This document shows, in pieces, positions 57,444-63,848 of a stretch of 64,000 nucleotides of DNA; position 1 is the stretch's first letter, and each line of letters starts with the position of its first letter. The notes under the pieces are model-generated. The model was not told where the DNA came from, did no database searches, and saw nothing but the letters and a program-made list of their open reading frames with translations. The translations under genes and the position numbers were made by a program. The stretch lies in the sequence record MW822008.1; one strand, given 5' to 3'.

Positions 57444-57516
57444 ATCAGGACGGGGAACGAAACAAGTAACCCCGTTAAGTAGTCCAGGAGTAAGACATAA
57501 GAAAACCTCCCCTGAT
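57444..57516 (+). ncRNA. putative structured RNA, copy B
   Basis: same three stems as 47134-47208 with loop substitutions. Confidence 0.5.
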
Positions 57517-57585
57517 AAAATAGTTTGACAATAGAAAGTAAACGAGTATAATACTTACATCAACCACTGATAAGGAAACATTAAA

Positions 57586-57861
57586 ATGCGGATTCTACTG
57601 ACAGCTAACGAAATCGAACAAGTACTGACTACTAACCTGGAAGACTGGAAACGTGAAGCAGATATCCAGGCGGTTCAACTGCTTAACGATAAGTTAACGC
57701 CGGATGACTTAAGCAAGATTGTAGATCCTCAATTCTACGAAGATATCCACGACACCGCGTTAAGCGTCGAGGATGTACTAGATAAGCACTACATTGATAT
57801 TGATTTGCAGGTTTACGGTCGTAAAAACTTTATCACTATTCACGACATTTATAATAATTAA
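57586..57861 (+). CDS. acidic early protein
   Basis: AAGGA RBS. Confidence 0.75.
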   Translation: MRILLTANEIEQVLTTNLEDWKREADIQAVQLLNDKLTPDDLSKIVDPQFYEDIHDTALSVEDVLDKHYIDIDLQVYGRKNFITIHDIYNN

Positions 57862-57947
57862 GTATTGACAAAGTATCTTAGTACTGTATAATAGTTTACA
57901 TCGAGAGGGGGAATGGTTCCCCTCCTAACAAAGAGAGAGAAATAAAA

Positions 57948-58130
57948 ATGGCTAAATGCACTATCTGCAAGAAAGAAATAGTATTAGTTCCAAGTGCCCG
58001 TGAACGTGCCGCTCGGTTCGGTGGCAAAGCGTCAGACTATACAAAAATGTTTACTACCCATGCAGCTTGCCAGGTAGCAAAACGTTCACAAGAAAGCGTA
58101 GAATTAATGCGTAAACTTTCCAAAAAATAA
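57948..58130 (+). CDS. Zn-finger-like early protein
   Basis: CTIC...HAAC. Confidence 0.7.
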   Translation: MAKCTICKKEIVLVPSARERAARFGGKASDYTKMFTTHAACQVAKRSQESVELMRKLSKK

Positions 58131-58218
58131 GTATTGACAAAGTATCTTAGTACTGTATAATAGTTTACATCAAGTGAGGGGAAACGGTTCCCCTCCTAAC
58201 AAAGAGAGAGAAATAAAA

Positions 58219-58542
58219 ATGGCTATGATCCTTGCCCAGAAAGTAGAACTGAAAATTGTAACCTCCTTTGACATTAAAGTTAATCGGTGGACTGATTCAC
58301 ACGGCAATACTTACCACTCTTGCTACGTGTCCGCGTTAATTGGCGACCGCTGGGAAGACTTGGGACATGAAACCTTTACTTACGGTTACGGTACACAAGG
58401 AGAATACACGGGCTTGGAGATCATTAAAGAAACCGTTATAGGTTTCAACCCGAAAGAAAAAGTTATTCACCGCATCGAAAAAGAGATTAACAAAGAAATA
58501 ACAGTTCGCTACTACGATGTAAAACGTAAGAAAGACATGTAA
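58219..58542 (+). CDS. early protein, RWTDS.GNTYHS family
   Basis: paralogue of 51801. Confidence 0.8.
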   Translation: MAMILAQKVELKIVTSFDIKVNRWTDSHGNTYHSCYVSALIGDRWEDLGHETFTYGYGTQGEYTGLEIIKETVIGFNPKEKVIHRIEKEINKEITVRYYDVKRKKDM

Positions 58543-58637
58543 TAGAATCCATTTAAAGTACTATTTGACATTGCCCAGATAGTACTTTATAATAGACTCT
58601 AACTTGTAGTACTAACTCAACTAATAGGATGTATACC

Positions 58638-59033
58638 ATGATTACTAAATTCTACGCTACCCGTGAAGCTGCCCGTATTGTTGCACGCGAGGAAGGAGCA
58701 GCATTTAAAGACATGGGCAAAGATGCACCGAAAGGTCAACGCTGGGCCGTACAGTTCAAAGAAATCTCTGATATTGTGAATTCACCTGAGCCAGTACTAA
58801 CAGCAGCAGAACTAAAACGAGCGGATTTACTGGCGGCAGTACTTAACGCACAAGATGAATTTATCGCTGATTCTGATATCAAAGTACAGACAAACCATAC
58901 CGCTTGGACTCACGCGGATCACCTGGCAAACCTTAAGCGTCCAAGTGAACTGGTTCGCAACCAGAAAGAGATCCGACACGACCGTAAGGGTAATCGTGTA
59001 ACAGTATACAGTAAACGCCGCCAGGTTATCTAA
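58638..59033 (+). CDS. early protein, ATRE.AR family with internal insertion
   Basis: paralogue of 46266. Confidence 0.75.
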   Translation: MITKFYATREAARIVAREEGAAFKDMGKDAPKGQRWAVQFKEISDIVNSPEPVLTAAELKRADLLAAVLNAQDEFIADSDIKVQTNHTAWTHADHLANLKRPSELVRNQKEIRHDRKGNRVTVYSKRRQVI

Positions 59034-59095
59034 TAACTTGCAGTACTAACAACACGGCGGGATCAGTTCCCGCCTTTTTTATAGGATAAACTAAA

Positions 59096-59350
59096 ATGAT
59101 TAAGGTACAACTATCTAAAGATAATATCTTGCGGGTACACTATAAAGCACCACAGAGAATCATCACAAAGGCCGTACAGCTTGCTAATGAGTTTATTAAT
59201 GGTAACCTATTACCAAGGAAGTTAAGCAACGGAAAACTGCGTGTAATCGATGTAGACACTAACAACAGAATAGTAATTGAGAACACAGGAAAGATAAACC
59301 TATATGAACACCAACAATATAATAAGAAAATAAAACTAATATCACGTTGA
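59096..59350 (+). CDS. ParE/RelE-like toxin-fold protein
   Basis: RKL...LRVIDV...RI...LYEHQQYNK resembles the ParE-like HE.YN motif. Confidence 0.45.
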   Translation: MIKVQLSKDNILRVHYKAPQRIITKAVQLANEFINGNLLPRKLSNGKLRVIDVDTNNRIVIENTGKINLYEHQQYNKKIKLISR

Positions 59351-59403
59351 CAGTACTCAATTGTTTTAGTATTATGTACACATACCAACACGGGAGAAAC
59401 AAA

Positions 59404-59622
59404 ATGAAATTATCTAAAATCGAAAAGAAAACTATTGATGAAGCAGTTAAGCACGGTTATACCTTTCGTAATGATTCACATTTTACCAATTTTCAACAAG
59501 GCCAAAGGACTATTAAAAAACTAATTGACAAAGGTTTATTAGTTAAAGTAGATAACGGTAACGGCATTGAGTATCAGCCAACCCAAGACGCATTATCTTT
59601 AAAGAAATATGCAATTATCTAA
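59404..59622 (+). CDS. early hypothetical protein (possible winged helix)
   Basis: TIKKLIDKGLLVK; own promoter. Confidence 0.65.
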   Translation: MKLSKIEKKTIDEAVKHGYTFRNDSHFTNFQQGQRTIKKLIDKGLLVKVDNGNGIEYQPTQDALSLKKYAII

Positions 59623-59679
59623 TTGACAGTACTCAAATGTTTTAGTACTATATGTACATACCAACACGGGGAAAACAAA

Positions 59680-59922
59680 ATGATTACTTTAGAAAAACGT
59701 ATCAAAGAAACTACATCGCTGGTGGAACTGTTAACAGTACTGAAATGCCGTACTACTCGGTTTAGTACACCGGACTTTATTAATATGGTTGATGTTAACG
59801 GTCGTTATCGCATTGCAGTAGAACATGGAACAGCGAAAGTATTCAGTACTAAAAACACTAAGGAAGTGATTCACGCGGTTAGTGTGAAAAAAGTGGTTGC
59901 CATTGATAGTAAAGTACTGTAA
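59680..59922 (+). CDS. early hypothetical protein
   Basis: promoter duplicated from 59347; Chi at 59718. Confidence 0.7.
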   Translation: MITLEKRIKETTSLVELLTVLKCRTTRFSTPDFINMVDVNGRYRIAVEHGTAKVFSTKNTKEVIHAVSVKKVVAIDSKVL

Positions 59923-59953
59923 GATAGTTTCATTAACTCAAGGAGAACATGCA

Positions 59954-60538
59954 ATGCGTAATTATACTAAATTCATCCGTACCCTGTCAGAAATGGAAAC
60001 CAACAAAGAGATCCTTTCAGCTTGTCGGTTAGCTGGTCTGGAGATCATCGGTGCGGGTTCTTCCCGTATTGTATTCGCTTTAAATGATCGGTTAGTGATT
60101 AAGGTCGCCAATTGTGATGCGGGTGTAGAACAAAATGAAACTGAATGTAAGGTATGGAATTTTTTAGACTATGACCGCCCTCAATTGAAACAGTACTTTG
60201 CAAAGGTGCATATGCATTTATGCGATCCTGATAATATGTTTATCGTTATGGATCGGTTGAGTACTGCAAGCAAAGGCAGTGTAAAGCACGTTAACGCGTG
60301 CAACGAATTAAAGTACAATATTAAACGTAATGCCATTGAACGCCAGCACCGCTTTGCTGATGCACTACAACACGTCGATGATACATTATCAACACTAACG
60401 ATAAGAGATATCAGAAAACAGAATATCGGCCAGGATCGTAATGGACTTATTAAAGTACTTGATTACGGTTTAACCCGCAATATCTGGAATCAGTACTATA
60501 AAAAGCGTGATGTGGCAGCAAGTAAAGTAACACGATAA
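59954..60538 (+). CDS. Ser/Thr protein-kinase-like protein
   Basis: IIGAGSSRIVF, VIKVA, QNETE, DIRKQNIG, KVLDYGL. Confidence 0.75.
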   Translation: MRNYTKFIRTLSEMETNKEILSACRLAGLEIIGAGSSRIVFALNDRLVIKVANCDAGVEQNETECKVWNFLDYDRPQLKQYFAKVHMHLCDPDNMFIVMDRLSTASKGSVKHVNACNELKYNIKRNAIERQHRFADALQHVDDTLSTLTIRDIRKQNIGQDRNGLIKVLDYGLTRNIWNQYYKKRDVAASKVTR

Positions 60539-60552
60539 AAAAGATTAAAAAA

Positions 60553-60585
60553 GGGATTGATTTCGGTCAGTCCCTTTGCTATTAT
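60553..60585 (+). promoter_or_regulatory. fused terminator / sigma70 promoter driving RNA unit
   Basis: GGGATTGAT-TTCG-GTCAGTCCC; TTGATT-17-TATTAT. Confidence 0.7.
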
Positions 60586-60590
60586 ATATT

Positions 60591-60636
60591 CATTGAGAGA
60601 TAGCTCACTGACCCACAGGGTGCATAAATGTATCTA
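60591..60636 (+). ncRNA. putative short RNA unit, copy 10
   Basis: near-duplicate of copy 7; CCCACAGGGUGCA. Confidence 0.45.
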
Positions 60637-60761
60637 TTATATAAGTATTCAGTACTGAAAACTATTTTTAAAAAGTACTTGCATTGTACTTAGAATCAAG
60701 TATAATGTTTTATATCGAGAGGGGGGGAACGGTTCTCCCTCAAAGAATAAGGAATAAAATC

Positions 60762-60983
60762 ATGACTACAATGACTTGCATTTACGCTTCCAATCTTCTG
60801 AATGATGCGGCCTTTAATGTTGATTCAGAATATCAATGTTATCGGGATGAAAATAAAAAAGTTTTTGTAGTTGATAATAATGGTTTCCATATTGAAATAC
60901 AATCCGGCTTCACTGGTGTTGATGGTAAATCAGTATGGGGCGTACAGGATGATAACGGTACATATCATTTTAAACGTAATTAA
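60762..60983 (+). CDS. early hypothetical protein
   Basis: AAGGA RBS before 60762. Confidence 0.75.
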   Translation: MTTMTCIYASNLLNDAAFNVDSEYQCYRDENKKVFVVDNNGFHIEIQSGFTGVDGKSVWGVQDDNGTYHFKRN

Positions 60984-61067
60984 GTATTGACAAAGTATCT
61001 TAGTACTGTATAATAGTTTACATCAAGGGGAGAATAGTTCTCCCCGATACTAAAAGGAAACAAAATT

Positions 61068-61340
61068 ATGTCCAGCTACTCCGCTACTATGATCATTAAA
61101 GATATGAACGGTAATCCTACTTCCGCTGGTGGATCATTTGGAAACATTAATTTAGATGGTCGGTTATCCATGCAATCAGCCATCGATGCAGCGAAAGAAG
61201 TTTTTAAGAATGAATGCACTGTAAGCAAGCTGGATTATATGGGATTCGCTATCGAGAAAACTAATCGTTTTGTGAACTACAAAAATCCACTGATGATTGA
61301 TACTAACCTGAAAGCTAACGAAGTGGAATACTTATTATGA
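61068..61340 (+). CDS. early hypothetical protein
   Basis: own promoter; Chi at 61125. Confidence 0.75.
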   Translation: MSSYSATMIIKDMNGNPTSAGGSFGNINLDGRLSMQSAIDAAKEVFKNECTVSKLDYMGFAIEKTNRFVNYKNPLMIDTNLKANEVEYLL

Positions 61341-61528
61341 CAGTTGAAGAAGTTAAAAAAGTACTGGCAGTACTACGCTATCATAATCATTGCAAGGTGA
61401 AGAATGATCCTGATTATGTTGATTCATCCCTGGAGGAAGACACATTAAACGCAATAAGCCATATGCAAACATTAGCAAAGCGTATGACCGAAAAGAATAG
61501 ACCGGACTATATCGGAAATAAAATTTAA
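61337..61528 (+). CDS. early hypothetical protein
   Basis: ATGA coupling. Confidence 0.7.
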   Translation: MTVEEVKKVLAVLRYHNHCKVKNDPDYVDSSLEEDTLNAISHMQTLAKRMTEKNRPDYIGNKI

Positions 61529-61614
61529 AAAGTACTTGCATTGTAGTTAGATTAACGTATAATGTTTTACATAGAGCGGGGGAATAGTTCTCCCGCCAGT
61601 CCAGGAGATACACC

Positions 61615-61878
61615 ATGAACACTATCGAAATCACTATCAATGCACACGTATACGACAACGTAGTACTGCAAACTACTATGACCGCTAACGATACCAGTAC
61701 TTTGCGGAATACTGTTATTAGTGCCGTATGTGCCGCTATCGGTGATGTCGCCCTGGAAAATGCAAAACACGTAAACGATGGTTTCACTATGTGCAAACGT
61801 GATAACGCAAAACATATCATCGTGGAAGGTTACGGCGGTGTAGAATTTAATGTTTATATGAAAAAAGTACTTGCATAA
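61615..61878 (+). CDS. early hypothetical protein
   Basis: AGGAG RBS. Confidence 0.75.
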   Translation: MNTIEITINAHVYDNVVLQTTMTANDTSTLRNTVISAVCAAIGDVALENAKHVNDGFTMCKRDNAKHIIVEGYGGVEFNVYMKKVLA

Positions 61879-61945
61879 TAACTAAAACAAAGTATAATGT
61901 TTTGCATAGGGGGAGATGTCCTCCCCCACTAAAAGGAGTAATAAA

Positions 61946-62170
61946 ATGGCTAACTTTGATGAACTGATGCGGGAAGTAGCTAACCTGGCAGAAGAGAAAA
62001 AATCATTCGATTCTATCTATAACACCTCTTACCGTGATTCAGTACTGGCATGTAACCAGGATCAAAAAGATGAACTAATCGCCACCTATCATGAAGCATG
62101 GAAGTACTACCGACAATGGGAGAAAGAAGAAAGAGAGTCTACCATTGACGGCCTCAATAATCTAATCTAA
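61946..62170 (+). CDS. early acidic protein
   Basis: AAGGAG RBS before 61946. Confidence 0.75.
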   Translation: MANFDELMREVANLAEEKKSFDSIYNTSYRDSVLACNQDQKDELIATYHEAWKYYRQWEKEERESTIDGLNNLI

Positions 62171-62246
62171 AAGTTTTATTTCAGTACTATTGACATAGCT
62201 TGATAGTACTGATGTAATAACTTTACTAACTACAAGGGGAAACATC

Positions 62247-62504
62247 ATGGAACAATTCACACAATATCGGGTAAATCCTCAAGCTATGGCCTACGTAGAA
62301 GACCATAAAACGTTACCAGTACTGCAACCAGTTAAAGGCCATATCTATCGTGCAATGTCGTGGAGTACGGCCCAGGATGGCTATAAAACCGTAGCCGTTG
62401 GTATGTACTGCGGTAATGGTGAATGGTTTGATCCAAATAATCCGGTAGCCATTGACAGTACTGAAAAAATGAAATGGGCCGACTACATCGAAGATATTTC
62501 ATAA
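62247..62504 (+). CDS. early hypothetical protein
   Basis: own promoter. Confidence 0.75.
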   Translation: MEQFTQYRVNPQAMAYVEDHKTLPVLQPVKGHIYRAMSWSTAQDGYKTVAVGMYCGNGEWFDPNNPVAIDSTEKMKWADYIEDIS

Positions 62505-62519
62505 AAAGAATAAAAAAAA

Positions 62520-62552
62520 GGAGTTGACTTCGGTCCGCTCCTTTAGTACTAT
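62520..62552 (+). promoter_or_regulatory. fused terminator / sigma70 promoter driving RNA unit
   Basis: GGAGTTGAC-TTCG-GTCCGCTCC; TTGACT-17-TACTAT. Confidence 0.7.
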
Positions 62553-62557
62553 ATACG

Positions 62558-62598
62558 CATAGAAACAAATCAGCCCACAGGGTGCATAAGTGTATCCA
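62558..62598 (+). ncRNA. putative short RNA unit, copy 11
   Basis: near-duplicate of copy 9; Chi at 62632 follows. Confidence 0.45.
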
Positions 62599-62746
62599 AA
62601 ATATATAGTTAATAACGGTGAGTAACTATCTGCTGGTGGAACTAAAACTATTAATAAAAAAGTATTGACAAAGTATATCAGTACTGCAATAATGTATCTC
62701 GTAGGGCGGCAATGGTGCGACGGCCCACAAAGTTAGGAGATTCAAA

Positions 62747-63079
62747 ATGAGTACTTCAATCGCTATCGTTAAAGCTTTCATCCGTACCAATGTTTCATCT
62801 GTATTCATCGACGGTCTGGATCGGGAAGTAGAATACTCAATCATTATCGCACAGACTGCAAACGGTGCTCGGTATATCCTTAATGATAGTGAAGCAAATC
62901 ACTACTACTTCACTAAAGCTACTGGCTTTAAACGCATCGATGCTGATGTAGTATACGCTAAGATGAATAAGCTGGTAGACAAGATTAACGCTAAAGGTAC
63001 TATAGATTTACAGTACTGGACCGAAACCGATCCAGAATATGGATCTCACCGCTACCTGAATCCAGGTATTAAAATGTAA
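62747..63079 (+). CDS. early hypothetical protein
   Basis: AGGAG RBS. Confidence 0.75.
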   Translation: MSTSIAIVKAFIRTNVSSVFIDGLDREVEYSIIIAQTANGARYILNDSEANHYYFTKATGFKRIDADVVYAKMNKLVDKINAKGTIDLQYWTETDPEYGSHRYLNPGIKM

Positions 63080-63168
63080 AAAGTACTTGCATAGTACTTA
63101 GAATCAAGTATAATGTTTTACATAGAGAGGGGGAAATGGTTCTCCCTCCTAAATTAAGGAGTTTTATC

Positions 63169-63570
63169 ATGACCTTCTCAATCAATTCCTTCGCTGACGT
63201 TTTAGTACTGGCTCGGACTTTCGGTAAAGATGCACTGGAGTACGCTGTAAGTAATGGCACTATCCAACCGGAACAGTGCCGCATCATTGGAAACTGCAAA
63301 CGTTGGGCGGTATCCAATACTATTGCACTGGAAAACTTCCACGATGGCAACAATGAATATTCTGTTGATGTAGTATTCGAAGCCGTTGATCTCGGCGGTA
63401 TCTATAATACTAACCTGAATGATGTGCGTATCGTTCGCACGGGGTTCGGTGCTTATGATGTATCTATCCGTGAAGCTATGGACAACGGATACATTAGCAA
63501 GGACTTACTTGCTCACATCATGCAGCTGTGTACGGAACGTAACGAAGCACGCACTATCTTAGGACTGTAA
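63169..63570 (+). CDS. early hypothetical protein
   Basis: AAGGAG RBS before 63169. Confidence 0.75.
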   Translation: MTFSINSFADVLVLARTFGKDALEYAVSNGTIQPEQCRIIGNCKRWAVSNTIALENFHDGNNEYSVDVVFEAVDLGGIYNTNLNDVRIVRTGFGAYDVSIREAMDNGYISKDLLAHIMQLCTERNEARTILGL

Positions 63571-63638
63571 GCGTTACACATCACCAAACATCATAGGCCG
63601 CCTTGTAGCGGCCTTAACTATATCAGGAGTACATACAT

Positions 63639-63848
63639 ATGTTCTATACAGTATACAGCGTTCTAGGTACTATTGCAGGCGTACATGATAACGTCAATGA
63701 TGCTATGCGTACAGTACTGCAACAGGTTCCACTAAAGCCTAAGACCATTAAGCAGATGACAGCACGACTAACCAGGGCGACCGATGGCGTGGAAGTATGG
63801 CAGGACTACGGGGATACACAGATAATCGTTAGCGTAACGAAGGATTAA
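63639..63848 (+). CDS. hypothetical protein
   Basis: AGGAG RBS. Confidence 0.7.
   Translation: MFYTVYSVLGTIAGVHDNVNDAMRTVLQQVPLKPKTIKQMTARLTRATDGVEVWQDYGDTQIIVSVTKD

Larger units (their letters stand above)
45084..63115 (+). promoter_or_regulatory. dense set of more than 40 near-consensus early sigma70 promoters, most followed by a GGGG/CCCC leader hairpin
   Basis: -35 TTGCA/TTGACA, 16-17 bp, TATAAT/CATAAT at e.g. 45084, 45544, 45861, 46540, 47099, 47217, 47902, 48546, 49014, 49331, 50044, 50879, 51198, 51439, 51731, 53004, 53234, 53804, 54240, 54549, 54820, 55933, 56555, 57409, 57525, 57864, 58134, 59347, 59623, 60679, 60986, 61536, 61871, 62191, 62665, 63087. Confidence 0.85.

Noticed and set aside
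44491-62598. Known self-cleaving ribozyme (hammerhead or HDV-like) as the identity of the RNA units
   Set aside because: By eye, no CUGAUGA/GAAA core and no HDV double pseudoknot; a formal Rfam search is still needed.
1369-63353. Many opposite-strand shadow ORFs (e.g. 5822-6444, 13626-14788, 26710-27018, 29361-29975, 61353-61820)
   Set aside because: They overlap better-supported genes, lack RBS, and show antisense-derived composition.
45110-63570. N-terminal extensions in the ORF track such as MFYIE.. or MVLP..
   Set aside because: They start in the -10 box (TATAATG) or leader hairpin; the real starts follow the downstream RBS.
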